Source: Oikopleura dioica
Taxonomy: Eukaryota; Animalia; Chordata
DNA length: 64,000 bases
Reading direction: 5' to 3'
NCBI GenBank assembly: GCA_907165135.1
Contig: OU015567.1
Span: 8,184,001 to 8,248,000, forward strand
Shown: positions 52,294 to 64,000 of the stretch, one piece after another
Position numbering within the stretch: the first letter of the stretch is position 1
How the letters are laid out: every line of letters begins with the position of its first letter
Program-made: the position numbers and the translations under genes
The notes under the pieces: model-generated
The model's database searches: none
The model's input: the letters and a program-made list of their open reading frames with translations, nothing else
What the model was told of the DNA's origin: nothing

Positions 52294-53072
52294 TCTGAAC
52301 AACTTTACTCTCAACAAACAATAAAATCATGGATCATCTTCGATAACCATAAGAAAATAGCAATAACTTTGTAAGAATCCATTTAAATGGGTCCCTAAAC
52401 GGGCTTGGATTCGCAACTCGGGATTGGAGAAGGAACAGTTTTTTATTCTTTTCTACGTTCCATTTATCGAAGGCGAGATCATCCTCTGACGTAGTTTTGC
52501 CAGCATGCTTGGCAGTCCAGTAATTAGTTTCATGTGCTATATATGGGCTTTAAAATAATTTAAATAATGGAACTTTGAGATGTTTTATCATTAAATTTTA
52601 TGACTATTATTTAAGGAGAGAGCGGGTAAAAATATGTGACGTGCCGATATAAAATCATAAAACTACGTAAATTCTCTCTCCAATATAACAATTTTTAAAG
52701 CCTCCCAAAGCATTCAAGCTCGAATTGCTGTAGATTTTCTCGAGCTTTTGTATTCTCATCCTCTACAAAATCATTTTAAACACACAAGAATTTATACTTT
52801 TAATTACCAATATTCGTGAACGAAATCTGCGGGACACCGCTTTTATATCCCTTCACTTCCTCCCAAGGCTGCCCGTTCTTTAAAATATGCGTCGCTCGCG
52901 TAATCTCATAAAGCTTCTTTTGCAAAAACGGAGATCTTCCACCCCTACTCAGTCTGACCGATAAATACATCAAGAACTCTGAAACCGCGAAAGTTAATTT
53001 ACACTTTATTCATGATCTCAGTGACTTTCCATTATACAGTATTTTTGTTCAGAAATACAGTTAGGTACATGT

Positions 53073-53882
53073 TTAAATGGAGTAAAAACCACCGTTGTGC
53101 TTTCGGGAGTATCCTCGGTTGGTCGTGGCGTTGTGATGTGAATGGATCGCTCCTGGATGAGGTGAGTTTCTGAAGATAATTCGTTTAGATTTTAGCTATA
53201 TTTTCAAGAAAAATAGCAACAGCGACATCGTCCGATAACGACTCTTTCTATCCTCCCTCTGATTGGCCGAGCTTGGAAAGGACCAATCAGAGCAAAGTAT
53301 AGATTAGTTCGCTATCAACGGAAGAGAGTTAATCTTTTCTCATCTCTAGAATCGTTTTTTTTTTGTTTACTTACTTGGTATCAACTGATCCGGTGACAAT
53401 CCGTAAAAGCTTATTCTCATGATCATTAATCTTATGATCTTCTTCATCGTCAACGTTTGTCTGTACTCTATTCTTGAGGATGACACCATCGGGATTGCCG
53501 CTGGTCACTTTTTGTCTGAGCACGTAAGGCTGATTCTTGAGGAAATCGTTGTGGTGGTCGTATACGGATTTCAATTCAAAGTCGAGACAATCGATTGGCG
53601 CGTCGCGGTTGAAGTGGTAGATCTCGCGACGGGCGCTGGATAGCGTTGGTGTGTCGAAAAGACGAGTTCCAACATCCTTATCAAACGGTTTTAAGCTGAA
53701 AAATTGTTAGTAAACTCACAGTTTTTCGATAGTCAGTCTTTCTGCCAGGCTGCGGCGCGTGGAACTGCTCGTCACCCTCCAACTTTGGGTAAGGATAAGG
53801 ATCCCGCTGAGGACTTGGAATTTGATTGAGACCTAAAAACGAAATGGGAAATAGAAAATCGAAAAATTGACTGCTTACCCAT
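53073..53882 (-). CDS. CFAP276: Ciliary microtubule inner protein CFAP276 (C1orf194)
   Basis: 4 exons: [50 protein letters not shown], and C-terminal [17 protein letters not shown]-stop, matching the family's TNGGYSRKxDGGFF ending. Confidence 0.88.
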
Positions 53883-54052
53883 ATTTAAACGACAAAACTG
53901 ATTTTCCTCCGAAAAACGGGTTGAAAATAACGGACATTCTAGAGATGAGGATTTTTAAAGTAATGTTTTTTTCTTTGGCAGTGATAAATTATCTGTTAGG
54001 AGTTAAAAGATAAGGAAATGTTAGAATGTATGGAAATATTTGACCGGACCTA

Positions 54053-57000
54053 TTAAGATTGAACTGGATACTCAGAGAGAGAATCTTCATCGACTGATGA
54101 ATAGCCCGGAGGAGAGCTTCCAGCGGGAGAAGGACAGTTAATCACTGGGGCGAAAGCGGGAACGAGGTCTGGGACAAGTTTCTCTGTCGAAGCGCAGACG
54201 TTTTCTAGGTAAGTTGGTAGGTTTCGCAGCAGATCTGTGTTTGGCTCCAGCATCGCGCTTGTAAAGGACTTGCTCTAAAGTTCAATTACGTAAAGAGGTG
54301 GACAGTTCTCAGATTTTGTACTTTTTCCATTAGGAAGAGGATCATTTCCGCGGCATCGGATACTTCCTCCTGATCTTTCAATTGTTTTTCAATTTGGTTA
54401 ATGCTGGGGCCGAATCCATTTTCCGAATTCAAATTGCGCCTGGCTTGAAGCTTCTCAGCTGTGTCTTGCGTACAGTTGGTTTGAGCAACAGTCCCGCCAG
54501 TCGAGAGCGGCTCCCGAGACGCAGATAGGTCCAGTCCGAGGTCTCGGAAGTACTGCTCCTTTGGCCCTGTTTTTGGCGTTGTCGGAGTTTGCTTTTCTTT
54601 GTTGCTTCGGGTTTGCGATCCAGAAGTGGTGTAACTCGTGTTCATGGACAAATCGAGTCCGAGATCTTTCATTGTTTCTTGGAACCCAACTTGTCGGATT
54701 TTTTCGCGAATCGGACTAAATGAAAAAAAAAACAATCTTAACATATTCAGCAGCTCTAGAAGATTTACCTGAATCCACTGCGTGCGGCATCATCGTCAGT
54801 CGTCGGATCAAAGCCTTCACTTCCACCACTTAATAAAACTAGCAACTTATCGATAAAGTAATCACTTACGGGCCCGCTACTGAAGCTTCGCTTGCTCTTC
54901 TCACAGATGGTATTCTTCGTGAAGCCGTATTTTGGAAGAGCTGGTCACTTCGACAGTAAGTTATGCCGTCATCTTCTGATGTGATTTTTTCCTCAGAAGT
55001 TGTGCATCTAAATGGTTGCTTTCAGCATATTTTTCTTCTTTCAAACTCTTTTTACTTACGGAAGTCTGGTAAGAGTCGTGAGAGGAACTCTTTGTTTGTC
55101 AATGTTGGAACTCTTTGGAATAAAAAGAGGCGAGTTTGAGTTTGAGGACGGCTCTAGCTGTAACTGTTTCACCGCTCTGACTTTATTTGGAGGGGTGTTT
55201 TCCAGGTTCGGCTTGGCTTGAATTTGCTTCTCCCTTCTTGCTTGTCTTGGGCTCAATCGCTTCGGCTTTTCTTTGACTGACTTATGATCATCGTCTGTTT
55301 CTGACGATGGCTTTCGATTCTTTGATCCTCGTTTTGATCTGCGCAACCGTCGATTTTCCGCGGCTTTCTTCCTTTTTGCTGATGGTAGCTCGGAAATATC
55401 CAGCTTTTGCGGAGTCGTTGACTTTCTCTTTGCACTGCCAGTTGGTTTCCCAAGCTCAAAAGAGTTGTCTGGCGTCGTTTGATTGACAGTCAGATTTCTG
55501 GAAATAGAGGCAGGAGATTTAACGGCTTTCGAAGATGCCTGCGACTTCCCCTCAGAGACACTCGACGATGATTGCTCAATATTCTCGTTGGATCGGTCTT
55601 TTGAGAAGGAGCTAATACTGCAGGAATCATTCGTTAATTCAACTGTATAATCAAACTCAGTGGCGGCGCGACAGTCGATAACAATTGGTCTCCGAGAAGT
55701 TGATGCAGAATCAATTTCAGCGAAAAGCTCTGTACTTTGATCGACAGTGCTTTGTTCGGTCGCAGTGCTTTCAATTACAGTTTCTTCCAGTCTACTTCCT
55801 TCTGAGGAATTAGAAGTGCTGAGCGACGTTGAGTGTTCTGGAACTTCTTGATAAGAATACGAGTTAGAGCTCAAGGACAAGTCAGATTTGTCTTGACTTT
55901 CGTCCATGCTAACATCTTTATTTTCAATCGACGCGACTGAGGAAAGCGTATCGTCATGAACAGGAGTGCTGGCTCGTTTTCTTGAGCCATCGGTCGAGGC
56001 TATTTCTTCGATTGAAATTTGCGCTTCACTTTTCTGGGAAGAATCATCGATTTGTAAGGCAGGTTCTGCTGATACAGATGTTTTGGAATCATTCAAATCC
56101 ATTGGAATTTCTTCAATTTCCAAATCCTCTTGAAATTCTGGGATCAGTGAAAGATTTTTACCAAAAAGAGAACATGCCGCGTCGAGAGATGTGATTGAAG
56201 ATTGACTGACTGAGTATTCTTGCGATCCAGAAGACGTTTTTGAAGATGTATCGATGACTTCAGCACTTGTCGCACTTGAGCTTTCGGATGAAAGTGTCAG
56301 CCCCGAAAGAGGATCTGCAGAAATATGACTCTGTAAACTTTTTTGGTTTTCTTTATCCTCAGCATTGAAACTGGTATCAGGAAGTACACATGCCGATTGA
56401 GAGAATACGGTTGATGAATTTCGGTCATCTAAACAATTTTGCTCATCAGATGATACGGTTTTAGATTCTACAGATAAATCCCCAAACTGTGCTTTATCAG
56501 AAGGTCGACTTGCGCCTTGATCAAGTTCTCCTGATACCCATTGTTTAGTTGATGCAGCCTTTTCCTTATCTTCTTCTTCATCCTTGCTTTCTTGAACTTT
56601 CTTCTGTGATTCTTGAATGTGCCCAGAGTATTTCCCTTCCTCTGGAACTGGTTCTTCAATTGAATTTTCAATCTCACCTTCTTCCAAAATCGATGCTTCA
56701 ACTTCACTTTCTTCAATTGTGTCATCAAGCTCGCCGTCCTCTTTCTCAGAGGTGTCGATATCTCCACTTTCCGTGCAGCTTTCAATAGAGCTTTCAGCAC
56801 TCGTCCAATCTCGCTCAGATTCTGACTTGTCAGATGATTGAGGTTCCGCTGAGTTCAGTTGTATCAGAATTTCATTCGCCAAGGCCCCTTCAGTCAATTC
56901 TGTCGACTCATCACGTGTTTCTCCAAAAGTCAAGTCCGTTGCAAATTTTTCAAAGCGACGTGGTGTAAGTCTTTCTTGAGATTCTTCGATGCGCACCAAG

Positions 57001-58505
57001 TGCTCCGAGAATTCCAACGTAACTGGGTCGAAGGATGGCAACGTATTAACGGTGTCTTTTTCTGTCTTGCCACGCATTCCAAGAAATTGTTTCGCATTCT
57101 GTTTCGCCTGACGTGTCAATCTCAAAGGAGATGAGGTGACTGTAAGTTTCGGTCGTTTTTTCGGCGATCCACGATTTGGTGAAAATGAATCACTGTCTGA
57201 TTTTGTCGATGACAATCGTTTTCTTAGTTCAATCCTTTTGAATTCTCGATTCAACTTGGAGCGCTGTTCTGTTTCGACACAGGAAATCTCTCTTTCCACA
57301 AAATCAGCTTTCTTTGGTATATGTTCAGAAGCATTTGACAATTTAGACCCAGAAGTTTGATCTTCAGCTGTGGATGATGAAGCATTCCTTGTCAAAAGAG
57401 TGGTAACCTTTGCATCGCTGACTTCGTCGTTTCTCACGATATGTATTTTGTACTTTTCGGATATCTTCTTCATGATATCTTGTACCGTTGATACCTGAAT
57501 AGGAGAGAAAGATACTGGAATATCAGCTTGTGTTGCAAAAGAGCGTCTCTCTGGCGATAGAAGATCAAGCGTTTGAACTTTCTTTTCGTCTGTGAAAACT
57601 TTTCGAAGATCATCTGGTTTCACACTTTTCATATTTTTATCGTAGTATTCCTTCGCCTTTTGGATTTGAAGCCTTTCAAAATCATTTTCTAGTCTTTTCC
57701 AGTTCTCATCCGTTGTTGCTACTCCAGCCGACCGGACTTTGATTCTTTCCGTCTGCGTTTCAGCATGATCCTTGCCAAAGAAAACCCGAAAGTACTGTCT
57801 TTCATCCCACTGGTCTCCTCTTATCAATCCGTTTTGCTCGCTCGAGTATCTTCGCTCCGCAGCTTCTTTTTCCAACCTCATTCGATTATGCTTTTCCGCC
57901 TCGCTTTCATTCACTTGTTTGTGGTATCTGTACCGTTTGAGGTAGATTGAATGGTACATATTCATCCTTTCTTTTTTCGTCTGGCACTGCAGACGGAGAA
58001 CGTCAACTTCTGACTTGGCCTCGGCAAGTTGGCTTCTAACGAACTTAAACTCGCGCAATGCAGTTTTTCGCAGCTCAGAATGGCGCTTAAGTAATTTCGA
58101 ATTATCCTCTTCTATTTTTCTTTTCCTCTGATTTAATTCTTCAAACTCGGTTTCCTTCTCCGCCAGTCGTTCCTTGTACATCTCAATTTGCTCCTCCAAC
58201 TTATCAGTCATGGCAAAATGGTCAGCAAAAGCATCGAATGGCGCTTCTTTAACATTTCTTCTCTTCGCTCGTTTTTCTAGCTTTTCTTTGTATTTTGCGT
58301 TTTCTTCCTTGACTTTTTGAACATCACTCGCTTGATCCGTACAAAGTGTTTTGTACATGTCGTGCGCTCTTTGCAAGACATTTTTCTCATTTTCCACCTG
58401 CGCAAGTCTCATTTGAAGATTGGTTATTATCATCTGTTGATTCTGATGTATAGAATCTGACGATCCATTTCTTTGGTTCCGAAGTCGACTGTTGTAACTT
58501 GACAT
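54053..58505 (-). CDS. Large (~1450 aa) coiled-coil plus Ser/Glu-rich disordered protein of unknown function
   Basis: 3.45-kb first exon (55056-58505 ORF) continues via a GT-AG intron (~55010-55062) into smaller exons to the stop at 54053; N-terminal heptads, basic NLS-like clusters, two DLGLDLS repeats. Confidence 0.8.
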
Positions 58506-59173
58506 ACTGTAACGAATTTTTTTAAATGCAACAGTTGGTTTTTTTCAATGATTTAATGCTAGATGCGTGTAAGTAGTAGCCTGTAGTAAGATTTGTGGCT
58601 AATCGAAAATTTCGCGCTAGCAATTTCATACAGTTTCAAATAAAAAAATCAAGCATCACACACTTTTAAAAGTCGAATCAATAGCGCGCCAGGATAGAAA
58701 GGGAAGTTTAAAATCATAAATCTCGAGGGATTATATTTTGGATTTATAAATTACTTATTTTATGAAGCTAATTTCGATTGTTATTTATTTTCTTATAGAT
58801 CAAAGAGTCAAACAGTCGCGATGATACTTCTAGCTATCAGATGTCTATCAGATAGCTAGAAAGGTAAAAGAAAGCGTATTCTTGAATAGGAATTTTTTTA
58901 ATAGGAATTGAATTTTGAAGGGTCAAAGATGTTTCTTTTCATTTGTTTATTTCAGTGAACTTGCGAACAGGAGAATTGTTATTGTTATGCACCGAGAAAG
59001 AAGGAGTGCGGCTGAATCAATCAAGAACTCGGCTGTTTGATCATTGAACCCTTCTAGATTCGAACGAGTAAACAGGTAATTGTGGCTGGATTTGGTACTA
59101 AAAACTGAAGGCGACGCAACTCTGATGCTAGCAGTAGATGAGAAAAGAACGGTTTTAAAAACACCAAAATAAC

Positions 59174-60842
59174 TTAAAAAGATCCAACTGTAGCCGGCGT
59201 TTTCGTCTTCTCCACTAAAGGAATGGTTATTTCTGAATTTGTTGGGACGTTTACCTGAAATACTTGTATCCACCCTCTGCTGCGAGTTCTCCGAATTCAA
59301 TAACGTCTTCATAAATTCATACGCCAACCATGAAAGTGCACAACCAGGCGCTGCCGTGATCACTCGTGCCCAACAGCCGCGGAAAAAGGGACGCACTGGA
59401 TCGCCTGGGTTGATTTCTCTGATTTTATATACAGCTTCTTGCCAACTACCAACATAACTTCCTCCTGATAATTTTCTTGTCGAGCACTCTAAATAAGAAA
59501 TCTCAAAATAAGGTTGGAAACATCATGAATACACCAAAATAGTCTTTCATCATTCAGAAAAATCGGAGACAACAAGGACTCGAGATTTCACGCAGCATCT
59601 CAGGATAACGATATTCTCTATTCTTGATGAAATAATCGTTATTCTGAGAAGCCAATGTCATAAAATGAAAAAGACTCACCCGTGGGACAAGGATCACAAT
59701 TAACACCTGCGGCCGCGAGTTTTCCCTCTTGAGTATTGAGAACAGTCTTTATAACATCAAGCGGGGTGGTGACGAATGCTGCGACTCCACCAGCGACTGC
59801 TCCGCAAAGAGCGTTCGTCGACGGGGAGTATGTATTTTGGGGATTGACGGCGTCTTTCAGCGAGTCGTAAATTCCAAAGTGAATGAATGAGAATGGCACT
59901 AGAATTGATTTTATTCACGAAAATAAGCCTCAAATATTCATACAAATAGATTCATATATTCCATAGATTCTTACGATTCATAACCAACTGTGTAGGAAAA
60001 CTCAGATAAAACGCAGAAAAGCCCTCCGTCCTGGCGATTTGAGAAACGATCCGCGAATAAGACATATTCAGATAAGGCGAGTTTTTCATTTGCAATCTTT
60101 GTTTGACGACATCGCAGGGATTCATCCAGATATCATGGAAAAAGGCACCGAAAGCTCCACCAATGTTGGAGGCAAAAGGGATTTTCTTCGCTTCCAATTT
60201 AGATTTAACATTTTCTTTGTTTAGGGCTCAGAAAGACGTAAAACTCCAGTTATTTAAGTTTGATCAAGAAATTCAGAGTTATAAATGACGACAATTCGTA
60301 TACTTTCAATGAGCATAAAACTTGTTCAAGTATAAATTTTTAATTTATCAAGAGGAATTCGAAGCAGTTTTCGTTTCAGCTCTGTAAATCACTCTTACAG
60401 GGTTTTATGCAAGAATTAATTTAAAAAACGTGCTAATTCAAGGTGATTTATAAAGCTTTTGACGTAAATTTGCAGCTCAATAAACTCTCCTTCAAACAGA
60501 GAAGGTTGAGTTGTACGTCAAATGATTTTGATTTATTTATGAGCCCTAGTCGTAACAAAGGAACTGAATTGCATGAGCGGGGCCGCAGCCAAAGGCAATG
60601 GCTCCGCTGCCCCGGGCGAGTGGTCTCGCGCCTTCCGACTTTACCAGACTTGTCATAGCTGTGAAGGGGTTCTGCGTCGCTGGAGCACATCCCTGTCTCA
60701 GTGACTGCATCCGCGTCTTGATCACATCAATCGGATAGACGGCTATGTGTTCAAAATAACCAGCAGTGGCGCCAGCAGCAGCGTTAACCATCATCGACTG
60801 CTGACCCCCGAGACTTTCGTAGTCGATTTCGTCGTCTGCCAT
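59174..60842 (-). CDS. SLC25A28/37: Mitoferrin (mitochondrial iron carrier); 3' end approximate
   Basis: DYESL..AGATAGYFEHIAVYPIDVIKTRMQSL, GCGPAHAIQF, HDIWMNPCDVVKQRLQM, SFPTQLVMN-PFSFIHF, TTPLDVIKTVLNTQ, APGCALSWLAYE. Confidence 0.93.
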
Positions 60843-60924
60843 TTTTATCTCTTAATTTTAAAAATTCTCCTCTTATGATAAGAGTCTTATCGAAAAATTG
60901 TATTTTTGTTTTTATAAATCAGCT

Positions 60925-61863
60925 TCAAGATTTTGAAAAGGGCAAAAGAAGATTTTTGAAGAAAGATATTGAATTTTGAATTTGGAGCGCGGTGATCCAA
61001 GTTGACGCAACGAAAAAGTAAACGCAAGCGCCCAGTAAGGAGCCAGCAATGATGTCAGACAGGTAGTGACGCCCGAGCCACAGACGCGAGAGAACAGTCC
61101 AGAGCGTCGTAAGATAAATCAGTAATCGGTAGAGGGATTTTAGGTGGAACTCTTTGCAAAGGAATGTTGCGATAAAGACGATTCTAAAGGGCTTTTTTTA
61201 GTGTAAGTTTTATTGAAAAATCGTACCTAGAAGCATGGCCAGAAGGAAACGAATACTGATCTGGTCCGATCATCATCGTTTCGCCAACTTGAAACTTTGG
61301 CCGTTTTCTCTTGACCACTTGTTTTATCGTCGCACATGCCACTATATCGAGAATCAAGCCAAAAAGAAAATTCAGGCTCTGCTCGTAAAGCCCGTTTCTC
61401 GGGTACGTTAGGTGATAAATCCCGATCGCCAGCCATATGATCCCATTTCCAAGAACCTCCGTCACTTCGCACAAGATTCTCAGTGAGCGGGAGCTTGAGC
61501 AAACTGTAGCCATTGAAGCAGAGAAAGCCTTGTCAACGGCGAGAATACAGTCGCATAGAATGTTCGGAATTCGCGAGGAAGTCAAGTCCATTGATTTGCT
61601 TTGGTCATGCTTTGGCTTGCTTTGTGTAGCTTTTTCATGGTTCAAAAATACAAAGCCCACTTATTTTTCTTTAATTTTCAATATAGCTTAGAGACAACAA
61701 GGACTCATCTTAGGTGTCAATTTAATCATGCAAGAATCAACCAAGTTCCTTTTGGCGAATCATCATTAGAGCTTCCCGATTCAGACTCGGTCTTTACTTT
61801 CCCGCTCAGGCCAATTCTCCTTCTTCTTGCCTCTCTTTCCCTGCTTCTCTTTGTTTTATACAT
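60925..61863 (-). CDS. PLPP6: PAP2-family lipid phosphatase, PLPP6/PLPP7-like; start at 61863 (basic first exon) or 61591
   Basis: Motifs KQVVKRKRP, DQYSFPSGHASR, SRLWLGRHYLSDIIAG, and LILDIV before motif 1. Confidence 0.85.
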
Positions 61864-62080
61864 GTTTAGGTAGCTCGTATCAGTAAATCGTAATCTCTCT
61901 GATCTTTCTGAACAAATCAAATTCGTATTTTCGAGTGTTTATTTAAATAAAAACTTTGTATATAAAATAAAAAGCAGAGAAATTAGAAAAATAAAGTTAA
62001 AGAGCAAGAGTTGTTGCATGGCCAAATTTGAGATTTTCAGCTGACGGAAGAACAGTTGATGGATTCACTTATTTTTAGCT

Positions 62081-64000
62081 TTATTCGTCGAGCCCGTCGC
62101 CAAACGTGGACGTATACGATGTTTTCAAAAAGTTAACATAAGACTGCATGCTGCGATTCGTAGCTTCCGAGTGATCCAGGCGCTCTCGGAGGTCGGCAAG
62201 GGTGTGCTCCGAGCGTGCTTCCAGCTCGTCCCGTTGCGATTTCACAGCGCTATAATGACGATAGTTATGATCAGTTGTTTGTTACCGGGATTACCGAAGC
62301 TCGCCCTTTTGACGCGTAAGTTCCAGTTCAAGATCAGAATATTTTGTCTGGAGAGAGCGCTCCTTGATTTCATACTTTTCCCGCTCGGCGATCAGGGTTC
62401 GCCGGGCTTCGGCATTAGCAGCTTCAATTTGTCTTTCAAGTGCTGAAGGTGCATTCTATTGACGCTCTCATCATTCTGATCTCTTACCATTAATGCTTTG
62501 TTGTCGCTCGTCAGCGCGAATTCGCCACTGGTTCGTTTCGCTTCTCGCGATATCGAGCTCTTCGGTTGTCTCTTCAAGCGCTTTTTGAACTTCGTCGAGT
62601 CTTATCTCCGCCGCGCTAAGTTTATTGTGATAGATCTTCATTTCTGACTCGTTTTGCTCCGTCAAGATCAGTTGCTTTTGAGTTCGGTCGAGTTGGAATT
62701 GAAGATCGGCGTTCTTTTCTTCCAAAGACCTGATCTCGCCAAGAGCTTCGTCCAATCTGAATGATTTGTGAAAGGGGAGGAGGCAGGCGGTCGTTACCTT
62801 CTATGAGCAATTCGAAGTTCTTCAGGAAGATCCTTGAGAGCAGCCATGGATCCCATGGCGTCCTCCCGCGCCAGATCGAGCTCTCGATCTTTACGATAGT
62901 TCATATCCTGAATTTGCGACTTCAACTCGGCGATAGTGATCTTCATCGTGCTGATTTCACGCGCTTGTTTTGAAATAGTCTCTTCCTTGATTTCATTCTC
63001 GGCGGTGAGAGTGGCAACCTTCTCTGTCTTGAATTCGAGGTCTGAAAAGGAAACTGAATGGAGATTGAAAAGACTGCTCGTGAAATTGATAAATGGGTAA
63101 CTGTGGGAGATAAATGAGACTGAAAGACTCTCACCCCGCTTGACCGGCTTCTTTTCATTCGATTTTGATTTATTTTTTCCTTTATTGACTTTTTAAAATA
63201 AAGTATTTCGATCGAAAGGTACCTCGTTCATTCCGCTTATGATTCAGATTGCTTTCCTCTGCATCGACAGTATTTCTGATGGATCGTTCCTTCCACGCAG
63301 CTAACTCGTGTTGGCTGCGTTTAAGATCGATGCTTAGCTCGTCGTTCTTGAGCTGTAGCATTTCCGCCTTTGTCTTGTGATGTCTGCAAGCTCGCTTGAG
63401 CGCTTGTTTTTCTTGATCTAATCGGATCTTCCCATTTGATGCGCGTTCAGCTTCCAGGAGAGCTTGAGTATCCAAGAGTTGTTTTTTTCGTGGATCGTTC
63501 GCGCGCCTTAATTTCCCTGAAAGAAGTTCAACGTATTATCGTTTTACCTGAGAACGGTTGAGTTCACCCTCTCTGGAGAATAATTCTCGCTGGATCTTCG
63601 CTTTAACGTCTTCAAGATGAGCAACTTTGGCATTGAGCCTCTCTGCCTTCTCCCGCTCAATTTCGGTATCAACACGGAGTCCAGCCAGATCTTGCTCTTT
63701 ATGCTTCAGCTCCGACTTCATGATCGCCGTCTCTGAGTCAGTCTTGACCAATCTTTCGACAACTGCGTCTCGTTGTTCCTCAAGTCTCTGGACATCGAAG
63801 TTCGCTTCTTTGAGCACATTCATTTTTACTCTAATATCACGCGAGAGCATCATGAAACGATCTACTGCGGCGGGATTCGTGAAATCGAGCGTTTTAAGAT
63901 CGAGCTCGGCTGAATGGTACTCGTTGATGGTACTTGAGTGGAAGAAGAGGAACTAACCTTGAACAAGGAGCTTTTGAAGAGACGTGCGCTCGAGGCTAGC
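62081..64000 (-). CDS. ODF2: Outer dense fiber protein 2 / cenexin (5' part outside window)
   Basis: Multi-exon coiled coil ending KERSLQTKYSDLELEL...LADLRERLDHSEATNRSMQSYVNFLKTSYTSTFGD-stop, matching the ODF2 ending LEQSESTNRSMQNYVQFLKSSY..FGD. Confidence 0.92.

Overview
Gene-dense, AT-rich animal genomic DNA. Introns are mostly 30-90 nt, several have GA-AG ends, and co-directional genes lie 55-220 nt apart with AG acceptors just before the ATG. I infer a larvacean tunicate (Oikopleura-type) genome with SL trans-spliced operons. About 27 protein genes can be reconstructed by hand: a zinc-ligand-less carboxypeptidase, an alpha-1,3-fucosyltransferase, a RING/TRAF-ZnF/TM protein, an IFI27-motif secreted protein, a divergent Cdx, HUS1, GOT2, an SH2 tyrosine kinase, CLIC, TRAPPC4, MRPL33, ADI1, HS3ST, a trypsin, AK3, CCDC42, CEP63/DEUP1, CFAP276, mitoferrin, PLPP6, ODF2 and several unknowns. 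There is also one tRNA-Pro(AGG), four MITEs (hAT, piggyBac, Tourist/PIF-like and one unassigned) and a tandem cassette with shared termini. The most striking content is two intron-bearing genes of bacterial-type families within 6 kb of each other: a secreted homologue of the extracellular medium-chain-length polyhydroxyalkanoate depolymerase (PhaZ, Pseudomonas GK13 type) at 47180-48351, and an anhydro-N-acetylmuramic acid kinase (AnmK) homologue at 39832-41680. Several conserved genes carry 1-2 nt frameshifts in homopolymer runs, which suggests assembly errors. All family assignments come from motif recognition and recalled sequences, not database searches.
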